Source: Octopus sinensis
Lineage: Eukaryota
DNA length: 64,000 bases
Reading direction: 5' to 3'
Assembly (NCBI RefSeq): GCF_006345805.1
Contig: NC_043006.1
Span: 20,460,001-20,524,000 of the forward strand
A program made the translations under genes and the position numbers. This document shows positions 1 to 13,077 of the stretch, piece after piece. The notes below the pieces were generated by a model that made no database searches, was not told where the DNA came from, and was given only the letters and a program-made list of their open reading frames with translations. Position 1 is the stretch's first letter. Each line of letters opens with the position of its first letter.

Positions 1-1026
1 TTTGAGCCAATAAAAATTAAATTGAATTGAATTTGCCTAAGTAGAATTTCTTTTCAGAAGACCTTCTGCTATTAAGCACTCCCAAGAGTTTCTTACCACT
101 ATGTATGTGTGTGTGTGTATGTGTAAACATTTACATTATGTATATGTGTATTTCTGTATAACATTCCTACCAATTGATAGAACGACCAACTCAAAATCTA
201 ATAGAGTCTTGCTAGCTTGATTATCCCATAACAGGCTTAACCAGTTAAGATAAACTTGTAATATGCTATTTGTCATAATCCTGGGAGCAAAATTTCTTTA
301 ACCTCATCAATCTTATCAAACTGAACATCAGCCCTTTAATCTCACCAGTTTTGAGAGTGGTGCAACAAAGTCTGTGGCTAGTTTTCTGAATCTTCTCTCA
401 AATAATCAATAAATGATAAAAAGGGAAAAAAAGTAGTTTCTCTCTTCATGTTCGATGTTCAAAGCTCACACAAGTCAATTTTGACTTTCATTCCTCTGGG
501 AATCAATAAAAGAATAGAATAGAAATGCTATTCTGGAAGGAGAGGGGGAGAGAGAAAAGGAGAAGAGGGGACATTTAAAAAATGGTCTTCAGCTTTTTGT
601 CGTTATATTTTTTTTGCTGAAATATGCAGCTTCTGTTGAAATTAATTTTTTAAAATAACAAAGAATATAATAAAATAACATTTTTCTTATTATTATTAAG
701 CTGGTGTTTGGAACATACGTTATCATGAAATTATGGTGGAAGTTTTTAATTTAGAGCTCTTAAAGCCATGAAGTTTGTGTAAAAAAAACCCAGAGGCAAT
801 CTCAGGCAGGTTAGCTTCAGAAAAGTTAAAACAGCACCCAAGGCTGGAAGTACAATTTATTTTCAAGATTCCATTAACTATAAATAAGGTCTCCCAATTC
901 ATGGAGGTTACAAAATGATTCAAAAACAGAAGCATTTAACAGTTCCTCATCTCACTTTCTTTCTTCCTTTTAGTTTTTTTTTGTTTGTTTTGTTTCCATT
1001 TATTCTTTTGTATAATGGTTATTATA

Positions 1027-1251
1027 TACCTATTTCTTTACTACCCACAAGGGGCTAAACACAGAGAGGACAAACAAGGACAGACAAACGGATTAAGTCG
1101 ATTATATCGACCCCCAGTGCGTAACTGGTACTTATTTAATCAACCCTGAAAGGATGAAAGGCAAAGTCGACCTCGGCGGAATTTGAACTCAGAACGTAGA
1201 GGCAGACGAAATACTGCTAAGCATTTCGCCCGGCGTGCTAACGTTTCTGCC
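1027..1251 (-). mobile_element. SINE family B copy
   Basis: Matches the other family B copies (B-box-like GAGTTCAAATTCC, gtcgactttgcctttcatcct core, aaagaaataggta end). Confidence 0.9.
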
Positions 1252-1619
1252 TTCGTCAGTCTGTCATGGCAAGTGTGTGTCTCCTTCCCTTAAGATTGTA
1301 TGACTGTTGTAAGTGATTATCATTCGTTTCCAATATTCTGCAAAATATTCCTATGAAGAAATATCACCTTTCTGGAAACAGGTAAAGATTGGTGACAGGA
1401 AAGGCATTCAGCCATAGAAAATCTTTCCCAATATACTTCATTCAACCCAAGGAAGCATAGAAAAGTGGATGCTAAAATGAAGACGATGGTAATGCTCTAC
1501 TGGAATTGATTCTTCTCTCTGTCTCTCTGGGAGAAATCAATTGCAGAGTCAAAGAAGGATAAGCGTCACCAAGTCTAAAAGCATCCAAGACATGCCACAC
1601 ATCACAATGGCACTCCTAT

Positions 1620-1800
1620 GACATCACCGAGCAATGTGGGCCCAGGGCGAAGCAAAGCATTTCAATCTTACAACTATCAACTCGTAGCCTAATCAAAATA
1701 TATCAATGCTGAATGACCTCTCGGAAGTACAAGACAGATACTTCACATAGTGATGGCAACTCAATAAACGTTTAACTTCTTTATCCACCACTTGAACGCA
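1620..1800 (-). mobile_element. Degraded hAT transposase C-terminal (dimerisation-domain) fragment
   Basis: Across frameshifts reads FKWW..., KYLSCTSERSFS and RLRVDSCKIEMLCF, which resembles the hAT WW...ERxFS...RL...E.L motif order. Confidence 0.45.
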
Positions 1801-2626
1801 ATATTGCTCTGGTGAATAATGATATGAAGTGCAGCTGTAAACAGATTAACAAAGGCTTCGACAGAGAATGTAGGTTGTGTTAATAAATCTTCAGGAAAGT
1901 AATCTGTCATAAGAAGCTGTTAGTTGGCTGTATAATTAGTCAATTGATGGAATAATTCCTTACAGATACACACTGTGTGTCTTATCTGTGAGAGTCTGCT
2001 AAAAACAGTGATGTACAAACACATCCATCCATACATACATATGCACATACACGCATCATCCACGATACGGTGCCAACTACATTGATATACAACACACGCA
2101 CATATGTACACTCGTATGGAGGCATAAATGGACATCATACAACCAATGTCCTTTTATAGAATATGTTCAGTCTGTCATGAGATAGACAATAAAACAAAAC
2201 GTAAATTAATGAAAGATATTCAATCCTTTGCCTGAGAGAATAAGCAAATTCTTAACATAGAGAAAACGATAAATGTTCATAGCTGTAGGACAGTTTTATG
2301 AATAGGTAGGGGAAATTTTGCATAAGGATAAATCTTGAGTAGTTAAGAAGCTTGCTTCCTAACCATGTAATTTTGGGTTCAATCCCACATCTGGGCAGCG
2401 AGGGCAAATGTCTTCTACTGTAGCCTAAGACCAACCAAAACCTTGAGAGTGGATTTTGTAGATGGAAGTTAAAAGAAGCCTGTCATCCATCGTGTGTGTG
2501 TGTGTATGTATATATATATATATATACACATGAAAAATTGAAGTATTATATTTCAGTATTTTATACAGTAAAATCTTAAATTATTAATTGACACATTATT
2601 ATCTTATAACAGATAAAAAATCATGG

Positions 2627-3118
2627 ATTACATGGAAAAGTGCGAGCATGAAAAGTAATATGCTTAAGATTATAAACCTGGGAAAAGTAGAGGACAAGTT
2701 ATTACACCTGGAAAAGTATAGGACAAGCTATTACTTCTAGTAAAGTAAAGAATAAGAAACTTTTTAGTTAAAATATTGCAGCTAAAATTAAAATTTGAAT
2801 ATTAAAACCTATTTTATCATAGTTTACAAATAACACTATACTTATTTAAGTAGAATTTGGCTAATTTACTACCTTAAATACAGAAAAAGTGACTAATTAG
2901 ACAAACTTACAAATTAGCTGAACAATTTTGTACAATAAATTTAAAAGATGAAAACTGTAAAGAGTGATAAATTAGAAGGACTGGCATTCTTTGCTGCAAT
3001 ATTTTAAGTAAAATGTTTCTTATTCTTTACTTCACTAGAAGTAATAACTTGTCCTGTACTTTTCCAGGTTTATAATCTTAAGAATATTACTTTTCCTGCT
3101 TGCATTTTTCCATGTAAT
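2627..3118. mobile_element. Foldback/MITE-like element with long terminal inverted repeats (about 130 bp)
   Basis: 2627-2786 is the reverse complement of 2989-3118, apart from a 29-bp tandem duplication in the left arm. TA precedes CATGG and follows CCATG. Confidence 0.8.
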
Positions 3119-3178
3119 GACTACAGACTAACCAAAGCCTTGTGAGTGGATTTGGTAGATGGAAACTGAATGAAGGCT

Positions 3179-3217
<39 letters not shown>

Positions 3218-3726
3218 TATGGTTATAGTTGTAAACGATTGTCACTGTTATGCAAGCAGCATTCTTCATTTCCAGTCTTCCATGAAAACATGTCTGGTCA
3301 TGGGAAAATATGATCTTACTTGGAAACACCCGAGGTTTGGCAACAGGAAGGGCATCTGGCTGCAAAAAGACCCACCTTAACGAATTTCATCTGACCCATG
3401 CAAGCACGGAAAAGTGGAAGTTGGAATGACGAAGAAGATGATGAGTCTCTATTTTACATCCTATCAACTAGTCTTAGAACACATGAAGATACTATCAGGT
3501 AATATCCACCCGCTTCTTGCTATCTAATTAAACAAAACACAACACTAAAAGATAATGGTTACAGTGAAATACCAATATATTACGTGCCGCAAAGTACTTC
3601 AATAATGTACATCAGACATTGATTTCTTGTTTTTCCTGGTTTCATACAACCAAAAGAATCAATTTTGAATGAAATATTGTTCTAAATACAATTTCCAGCA
3701 TGGGAATGCCAAGACTAGTATATATA

Positions 3727-3852
3727 TCCACTCACAAGGCTTTGGTCGGTCTGAGGCTATAGTAGAAGACACTTGCCCAAGGTGCCACGCAGTGGGAACG
3801 AACCCAGAACCATGTGGTTGGTAAGCAAGCTACTTACCACACAGCCACTCCT
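3727..3852 (-). mobile_element. SINE family A, 5' half
   Basis: Reverse complement of the head of the 4007 copy. Confidence 0.9.
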
Positions 3853-4006
3853 GCATACACTCACACACACACAAACACCACACATACATGCATATGCAGA
3901 CATATTACACACACACATTTGCTCGGACGGCTATTGGTTTGTCCTTTCCAAAATATATATTGAGGTCACTAAGCAGAATTATTCCATTTCAGATAAAAAA
4001 AAAAAT

Positions 4007-4420
4007 AGGAGTGGCCGTGTGGTAAGTAGCTTGCTAACCAGCCACATGGTTCCGGGTTCAGTCCCACTGCGTGGCATCTTGGGCAAGTGTCTTCTGCTAT
4101 AGCCCCAGGCCGACCAATGCCTTGTGAGTGGATTTGGTAGACGGAAACTGAAAGAAGCCTGTTGTATATATATGTATATATATATATGTATGTGTGTGTG
4201 TGTGTTTGTGTGTCTGTGTTTGTCCCCCTAACATCGCCTGACAACCGATGCTGGTGTGTTTACGTCCCCGTCACTTAGCGGTTCGGCAAAAGAGACCGAT
4301 AGAATAAGTACTGGGCTTACAAAGAATAAGTTCCGGGGTCGATTTGCTCGACTAAAGGTGGTGCTCCAGCATGGCCGCAGTCAAATGACTGAAACAAGTA
4401 AAAGAGTAAAGAGTAAAAGA
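4007..4420 (+). mobile_element. SINE family A, full length (tRNA-like head, internal TA/TG tract, aaaagagtaaagag tail)
   Basis: GGAGTGGCCGTGTGGTAAG A-box-like and GGGTTCAGTCCC B-box-like motifs; near-identical copies at 7199, 21831 and 35585. Confidence 0.92.
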
Positions 4421-4876
4421 GTATGGTTGGAAGCACTGAGCTGATTTTATAATGGCAAACTTCAGGTTGTATTGCAGTGATGCACAATTAAATAAACATT
4501 GGCTAGCACACAGAACGACAATTCAATAGCAATAATGATAACATAAACCAAAATAATTCACAAACAATACTAATCCAATAATAATGATGGTTAAAATAAT
4601 GATGATGATGATGATGATTGCAGTGAATAGCTGACACCTTTCATTTGTAATTAATTTCATATTTTGATGTTTAAAAGCAATAACTATGCTTTTGAAGCGG
4701 GGGAAAAAAAATCAGCCACAGAAAAAAATTTACAAATACATATTGTCAAGAATGATGTGGAAAACATGAATCTAAAGACCTAATTCTCAGCAATTTGTTC
4801 ATTTTTTTTTTTTTTCTTCATGCTAGCCCCAGGTTAGACGAATATGGTAATGAGGTAATTTTGCAAGTAAAGTATA

Positions 4877-5106
4877 TATTTCTTTACTACCCACAAGGGG
4901 CTAAACACAGAGGTGACAAACAAGGACAGACAAAGGGATTAAGTCAATTACCTCGACTCCAGTGCGTAACTGGTACTTAATTTATCGACCCCGAAAGGAT
5001 GAAAGGCAAAGTTGACCTCGGCGGAATTTGAACTCAGAACGTAACGGCAGACGAAATACGGCTACGCATTTCGCCCGACGTGCTAACGTTTCAGCCAGCT
5101 CGCCGC
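4877..5106 (-). mobile_element. SINE family B, full length with a 17-bp target-site duplication
   Basis: tttgcaagtaaagtata at 4860-4876 and 5107-5123. Confidence 0.95.
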
Positions 5107-5549
5107 TTTGCAAGTAAAGTATAGTTTATTCCACACAGCTCTGAAGGAGTAAAGTGCAGAGACTAAGTTATTGATAGAAGTACTTTCAATGGTCTTACTC
5201 AAATGTCTTTTGAATAAGTGAGTGCAGATGTACACACAATGATTTTTCATTTAGGCACAAGATATGAAATTTTGGTCAGAGGGTTCAGTTAAGTCCAACA
5301 ACCCAAGTGTTAGCACTTTATTGTATTGACTCCTAAAAGATTTAAAAGCATTTTGCCCGGCATGCTAACAATTCTACCAGCTCGCTGTCTTAATAATAAT
5401 CAAAATGATATAGGGATGAGGCCCGAAATTTTGGGAGCCAATCAATCGCATCAATCCCATTGCTCAAATGTTCTTGTTTTTTCCAACAATCCTGAATGAA
5501 TGGAAGGTGAAGTCGACCTTGGCGGAATTTGAACTCAGATCACAAAGAC

Positions 5550-5582
<33 letters not shown>

Positions 5583-7198
5583 GGTTTCAAATTTTGGCAC
5601 AAGGCCAGCAATTTTGGAAGAGAATCTAGGCCAATTACATTGACCTCAGTGCTCAACTGGTATTTATTTCATTGACCCCAGTGGAATTTGAACTCAGAAC
5701 ATAAGGACAGATGAAATGCCACTAAGCACTTTTGTCCAGCATCCTAATGATTTTGCCAGCTTGCCACCTTAATAAATAATAATAATAATGATGGTGGTAG
5801 TAGTAGTTTCTAACACAGGCACAAGAACAAATTTATGGTGAGAGATTACTATATAAAACCTACTCTAGTACTTGAATGGTGCTTCATTTTATTGATCGGA
5901 GAAAGATAAAGGTCAAAGTTGAATTTGGTGTGGTTTAAACACTTTGCATCAAACTTTGTACAGTTCATTTCAGTTCTTCACATTTAAACAGTTTTGTCAG
6001 TCAACTGTTTTTTGAATAGTAATTTCTATGTTTGGTACATGGCCAAAATTTGGGCAGTGATAACAGTCAAATGCACTGATCTTCAATACATGTACTTGAT
6101 TCCCTTGATCTTGGAAGGATTAAAAGGGTGAAGTTGACCTCAGTGGGGATTTGAACTTAGGATGCAAACAGCTGGCCTAAATATACTCCAAGGCATTTAT
6201 CTGATGTTCAAGCTCTAACCATCAATAATATTGATTTTCTTTTTCATCAAACGCAAAGTTGATTTTATAATGGAGGAAGTAGGAAGTATGAAGCTGATTC
6301 AATCAAGCCTTATGTGTCACCGATATTTATTTTATTGAACACCGACAGATAGATGAAAGACAGCATAGAACTCAGTAAATACCGATCATATGAAGAGCTT
6401 AAAACCATCTGTACCACTTCCACAAGTCAACCAACACCTACACCACTGCTAACAATTCAACCACCACCACTACCACACTACTACTACTACTACTACTGCT
6501 GCTACTGTTGTTACAACCGTTACTATAATGATCAGTTAAATGACTTTGCAATCAACCGTTTCTATTCATTAGAATTTCCAGTTGAATGAAATTGCAAAAT
6601 ATTATTTGCCAAGGTCTTATAGTTCAGGAATTACAGCAACAAAGAATTTTTGCCTGCTACAAGAACAAAAAAAAAAAAAAAATCATTTCTTGCCCTACTT
6701 CTTCACTGAAGACATTTTAATAATTTCTTTATCAAACTCCTTACAGAATCAATGGATTGGGCATATGTAGCATGACCTCTCTTTTACACGCAAGCATAAT
6801 GACTCTAGTATTATTTGCTCTTTAAAACTTCCACTCTTCAAAAGTCTTTTGAGTACCATGGTTGATCTTTTCCTTTACTATTTTTTGTTTTACACTTTTT
6901 CATTTTTTTTGTTTATGTATGTGAGAAAGAGGGTGGGAGCAAGAGAAGTTGGGAAAGAAAGTGGAAAAGATGATGGGAGAAACTCAAAAAGTAATTTTGT
7001 AGGCAAGAGAGAAAGCATGTTTTTTTTTTTTATCTGTAAGGAAGGAATAATATAATAATTAGATAACTAACTGCCATTATATATTTATATTTCCTATTTA
7101 TATTCAGCAAGCTTACTAATACAGCATTCTAGAATTAGTTTTTCTACGAAAGATGATTTTGTTGGGGAGGGCAACAAAGGTATAATGTTCATACCTTT

Positions 7199-7606
7199 AA
7201 TCTTTTACTTGTTGCAGTCATTAGATTGTGGCCATGCTGGAGCACCACCTTTAGTCGAGCAAATCGACCCCGGGACTTATTCTTTGTAAGCCTAGTACTT
7301 ATTCTATCGGTCTCTTTAGCTAAACCGCTAAGTTACGGGGATGTAAACACACCCCCATCGGTTGTCAAGCGATGCTGGGGAGACAAACACAAACACACAC
7401 ACACACATATATATACATATACATATATATATATGTACATATACACGATGGGCTTCTTTCAGTTTCCATCTACCAAATCCACTCACAAGGCTTTGGTCGG
7501 TCCGAGGCTATAGGAGACGACACCACTTGCCCAAGGTGCCACGCAGTGGGAATGAACCCGGAACCATGTGGTTGGTAAGTAAGCTACTTACCACACAGCC
7601 ACTCCT
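7199..7606 (-). mobile_element. SINE family A, full length
   Basis: Reverse-complement match to 4007-4420. Confidence 0.92.
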
Positions 7607-8345
7607 GCGCCTGTTTTAGGATTCATAGCCTTAACATTTACATTACAGACAGACTAAAGTACGATACAGATCAGTTTGATATAGCATTCATAATAAATGT
7701 ATTACATTCTGATATATAGATAATGATGACTCAGTTGTTTAGATGCTCAGACAGTTGAGGATATCAACAACCATTTTCGGCAGATATACACCCTTTATGT
7801 CTATTTAGAGAATTGCATTGCTAGTCAAGACAGGTACAGACTAATTCTTTCAGAATAGTAATTTGCCAGACATTCATCTGAACAAACCATAGAGAAGGAT
7901 ATTACCATCATCATTGTTTTTAACGTCCATTTTTTCATGCTGGCATGGGTCAGACTGAATTTGCCGAACTGCTACATTACAAGGATATAAACACACCGAC
8001 ATCGGTTGTCAAGCAGTGGTGAGGCACAACCCCAGACACACACACACACAATGGGTTTCTTTCAGTTTTCATCTATGAAATTCACTCACAAGGCTTTGGT
8101 TGGCTCAACATGCCATGAAGTGGGACTGAACTCAAAACCATCTGGTTGGGAAGCAAGCTTCTCACCACACAGCCAATGCCTGTCCCTATTTATTGCATTC
8201 TAAACAATTGCTTATTCTGTCATTAATTTATACACTGCACAGGAAGAAAAAAGTGATCCTGCTCACAATCCCCATTTTGACACTGTGCTTTGGTGAACTG
8301 CCTGAATAATGCAATTATGTAGTTGTGACAAGTCATATATAGCTG

Positions 8346-8417
8346 TCCTCGGTAGTATAGTGGTAAGTATCCCCGCCTGTCACGCGGGAGACCGGGGTTA
8401 GATTCCCCGCCGGGGAG
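8346..8417 (+). tRNA. tRNA-Asp-GTC: tRNA-Asp(GTC) with a T-loop C56A variant (possibly impaired or pseudogenic)
   Basis: 72-nt cloverleaf: acceptor TCCTCGG/CCGGGGA, anticodon stem CCCGC/GCGGG, GTC at 8379-8381, A box TAGTATAGTGG. B box reads GGTTAGATTCC instead of GGTTCGATTCC. TTTT at 8427-8430; no encoded CCA. Confidence 0.9.
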
Positions 8418-8433
8418 GCATCTTAATTTTAAT

Positions 8434-8753
8434 GGCGGTGCCCCAGCATGGCCACAGCTCATTAGCTGAAACTGGAAAAATCAAAAATCAAAAAAAATAT
8501 GCGTGTGTTTGTGTACCTGTCTTGACATCTTGTTATGCTTGTAGACAAGCAGCACCGTCATATAAGCAGTGTCGTTCTTTTCCGGTCTTCCATAAAAAAA
8601 CATGTCTGGTCAAGGGGAAATATTACCTTGTTTGGGAAAGAGTGAGGGTTGATGTCAGGAAGAGCATCCGGCTGTAGAAAATTCGCCTCAACAAATTCAT
8701 TTTGACTCATGCAAGCATGGAAAAGTGGACGTTAAAAGATGATGATGATGATA
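8434..8753 (+). mobile_element. SINE A-type 3' tail fragment followed by a family C (GAT-tailed) repeat
   Basis: ggcggtgccccagcatggccacag, then ...gcaagcatggaaaagtggacgttaaaagatgatgat. Confidence 0.75.
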
Positions 8754-9981
8754 ATTGTGTGTGTGTTTGAGAAAGAAATCATATGGTTTTGACAGTTTCT
8801 TCTTTCAGCCAGTTATAAATCCACTTATTTATGCCATTACAGTAATCATACTGAAATTATTATTCTTTTGAAGAAAATAAATAAAAAAGGTATTTGAAAA
8901 TAATAATAATAATAATGACGTGCGTGTTATTTTTATATATTGGAAGACTCAACTACGTGGCCGCCAATCACCTTCTCTCAATGCCGAACAATTTAAAGAC
9001 TATCAATGACTTAATATGAAAGAATAATATCACAAAAGAAAAAAAATTGACATGAATGCTGTTATAACACAACATGGTTTCTCGTGATAATAATATTATT
9101 ATTCAGCAAAGCAGAATTATAAGCTTTATCGATATCCTATTCTTTTTAACAATTTTTTGTTGATTTGTATCATCACGAGTGCTATTATTATTATTATTAT
9201 TATTACTCCTACAACTGTTATTCATGTTATTATTATTATTATTATAACATCCTTATCATTACTTTTTCAAGAGCTGAGTGAAAAGAATATTTTTCACCGA
9301 AGCAAGAAAATCTACTCATTTATTGATTTTATGCAAATAGAAAAACTGGTTGCCAAGCAAAAACTTAAGGGGTCAAGAAAAAAAAAAAACAAAAAAAACC
9401 CTGTGGTGGTGACTGAAGAGAAAGAGTAGGAGTTGGAAGACATATGGATATTCTCTTGTGGTGTGCCCCCCTTTTTTCATATGTACTTTTTGTCACTAAT
9501 CAAATGACTCTTCAAACGAGGATCTGAAGAAACCTTGGCATGCTGCAAGATTATCAGTTCTTCTACCATGGCTACATAAAATGATTGTTGTTATCCTTTA
9601 ATGTCTGTTTGCCATGCTGGCATGGGCTGAATGGTTTGATAGGAGCTGGTCAACCAGAGAGCTGTCCAGGTGCCAATTGTCTGTTTTTGGCCTGGTTTCT
9701 ATGGCTGGATGCCCTTCCCAACAACGCCAAGCACTTTACAGAGTGTACCGGGTGCTTTTCTCGGGCTACAGGCATTGGTGCATTTACATAGCACTGGCAT
9801 GAGTGCATTTTATGTGGCACCAGCACAAATGCATTTTACATGGCACTAGAATGAGTGCATTTTATGTGGCACTGGCACCTGCAGAATGTCATCAGCATCC
9901 TCATTACCAATCAATCCTTTAGCATTCAGATTACTCTATGAAATGTAATGCTTATTTACTTGCATTATTTTGAATTATTGT

Positions 9982-10097
9982 GAAGGCGCATGGCTCAGTG
10001 GTTAGAACGCTGAGCTTACGATCGTGAGGTTGTGAGCTTGAATCCCGGACCGGGCTGCGTGTTGTGTTCTTGAGCAAGACACTTTATTTCACGTTGT
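9982..10097 (+). mobile_element. tRNA-derived SINE family E head, truncated
   Basis: TGGCTCAGTGG A box, GCTTGAATCCC B-box-like, gtgttcttgagcaagacactt core. Confidence 0.75.
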
Positions 10098-11570
10098 TCC
10101 TTTCTACTATAGACACAAAGTCTGAAATTTGGGGGGAGGGGAATAGTCGATTACATCGGCCCCAGTGTTTCACTGGAACTCAATTTATCAGCCCTGAAAG
10201 GATAAACGGCAAAGTTGACCTCGGCAAAATTTGAGCTCAGAATGTAGTGACGGGCGAAATATCGCCAAGCATTTTGCCCAGTATGCTAACAATTCTGCCA
10301 GCTTTGTACGTCTGGCACAAATAAAACAAATATTGATGAAAAAAAAATATATTTGATTTAATCCTTTTGTTAACATATTTCTGCCAAAATACACAGTTTA
10401 AATGAATTTTGAAAATATGTAGAATTTAGTAAAACAACTTTGTTGCTATTAATCTAATGTTTGGAACATAAATTAACAAGAAATTCTAATGGAAGTTTTT
10501 AATTCAGACCACTTTAAAACAGGAAGTTTATATCATTGAAACAGAGGAGGTTGTCTTCAGCAGATTAGTATTTCAAAGGGCTTGACACTATGTAACTAGT
10601 AGCAAAGTTAACTAACACCAGAAATGTGCTTCAGCAAGATTTGAACCCGGAATATTGATTTCAAAGGACGGAGATTTTGAGGAAGTGGCTAAGTCAATTA
10701 GTGCTCAACTAGTGCTTATTCTATTAACCCCAAAAGGATGAAAGGCAAAGTCGACCTCAGCAAAATTTGAACTCAGAACATAAAGACAGATGAAATACTG
10801 CTAAGCATTTAACCTGGTGTGCTAACACTTCAGCCAGCTTGCCACCCTTTTTGAACTCAGAATTTTAATAAGGGGTTGCTAATTATCTCACAAAGTAAAG
10901 TACTCAACCATTTCTGCCACAAACAAAAGTGTTAACAATGATTCCTTTAGGTTAGGCAAGGAGAGAGTCTGTTTAAATAAGTCTTGAAGAGAATAAAGAC
11001 TACACAGAATAGGGAGTTTCCACGTGATTGTTTATTTTTAGAATGACATTGCAAGATAGGTGAGAGATGCCAGATCTTGCCAGTTTGAATTTAAAACACA
11101 TACAATATGTGGGCTAGATATGGCTGGTTAAATACTTAAGGGTTAACGAAGTTCATTCTACTGGGCTCCTCCTTCCAACCAGTGTTTGGGGTCCTGTAAA
11201 AAAAATAATGGGCACTGTCTTCCCTCCAGAATAGAAGATCTTAAAACTAGAAATGTTTAGTCACATCGAGAACAAGATCTCTCCTAGTGCTGGTACCATG
11301 ATTAAGTGCACCTTGGACCCTCTGCAAATTGGTTGGTGCCGGGAAGGGCAGCTAGCTGGAGAGGCAATGCAAAATTTGTAACATATGAGTGAAGAGCAGT
11401 CCTCCAACCTGCTTGGGGAGACAGTAACTCTACATAGGAAAGGATTTGGCTCATGATGACCCGTCCAACTCATGCCCACATGGAAAACATACATAAATGA
11501 TGTCAATGTTGATGATTGATATATAACTGGTGGTTTTAATGTCAGCGCTAGTAGGACGAAAGGCAGTGGT

Positions 11571-11834
11571 ATCTGAGAAAAAGATTCTCTGTGTCTAGTG
11601 GTCTGAATGGCAAAACTAAATGGTCTTTAGCTAGGTCCTTTACAGCTTAAAGCAACTGAAAATCATCTGAGGTTAGATCCTCTGTCTAATGGGCAGAATG
11701 GCAAAACAAAATAGTCTACTTTACTGCTTAAAAGCAACTCATTGCTATCTGAGGTAAGACTGTCTGAATCAAGTAGGCAGAATAGCAAACCAAAGTAGTC
11801 TAAGACAATTTGATCTGGTCCTTTACTGCTTAAA
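11571..11834. repeat. Degenerate minisatellite, three units of 82-94 bp
   Basis: atctgag at 11571, 11665 and 11747, each followed by gaat.gcaaa.c.aa...gtct and ctttac.gcttaaa. Confidence 0.75.
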
Positions 11835-12180
11835 CCTATTCATACATATCGATTATATTGCTAGAAATGTAAGTACTCCTACACACACACACACGTGTAT
11901 AAGCATCACTCCTACACACACACACGTGTGTAGTGCATGTGTGAGTGAGTGCTAACAGCAAGCAATATCGCAACCAATTATAAAAGCAGAAACAAAGGAT
12001 GCCCGTCAAATATTAGACAACACACTCACAAACCCCTAGATAAAAGGGATTCAAGTTGTATTTTTATCGTTTCCTTAGGAAAATCCAGACTATTTATATT
12101 TGTATATAAATAAAGATGCCGACATCAATTTTGACTTATTTTCCTGCCATACATATTTTTAGTGTACACTAGCAAGAACT

Positions 12181-12277
12181 TTATATATATGTATGTATAT
12201 ATATATGTATATATATATATAAGCAAACTTCTTAACCACTTCACCGTGCCTGCCCTACCAGGGGCAACACGTGCACA

Positions 12278-12339
<62 letters not shown>

Positions 12340-12570
12340 CATACATATATACATACATACATACATATATACATACATACATACATATATACATACATAC
12401 ATACATATATATATACATACATATATATATACATACATATATACATATATATATATATACACATACATATATATATACATACATACATATATATATACAT
12501 ACATACATATATATATACATACATATATATATACATACATACATATATACATACATACATATATACATAC

Positions 12571-12603
<33 letters not shown>

Positions 12604-12657
12604 CATACACATACATACACATACATAGACATACATACATACATACATATACACACA
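12181..12657. repeat. (TA)n/(TACA)n microsatellite block with a captured 68-bp segment
   Basis: Direct reading of the sequence. Confidence 0.95.
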
Positions 12658-12733
12658 TAAATAAACAAATCTTCCATGGTTTCAGTAATGAGTTTTCCAG
12701 CTGTTCGATTAACTAAACCGCCGACTAATTAGA

Positions 12734-12769
12734 TTAGTATAGAGGCAATGAGTATCCCACTGTCACGTG
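12734..12769 (+). pseudogene. Degenerate tRNA-Asp-like fragment (D arm to anticodon loop)
   Basis: ttagtatagaggcaatgagtatcccactgtcacgtg aligns by eye with TAGTATAGTGGTAAGTATCCCCGCCTGTCACGCG of the 8346 gene. No T arm. Confidence 0.4.
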
Positions 12770-13077
12770 TACTCTTAACGTAATCAACAGGTAAAAAAAA
12801 CTATAATGATACAATGTGTGTATGGGGGTGGGAGGTGGAGCAAGGTCGATCCTTTAAATGACAGATTGAGTCCGCACAAATGGCTCCCACTGTTATCAAC
12901 CCCACCACAAATTCCACTCATAAGGCTTGGGTCGAGGTGAGGCTAATGTAAAAGAAATTTGGTCCAACATGCCATGCAATGGGATCGAACTCAGGATGTT
13001 ATGATTGTTAAGCAAACTTCTTAACCACTTCACCGTGCCTGCCCTACCCGGGGCAACACGTACACATGCATATATAT

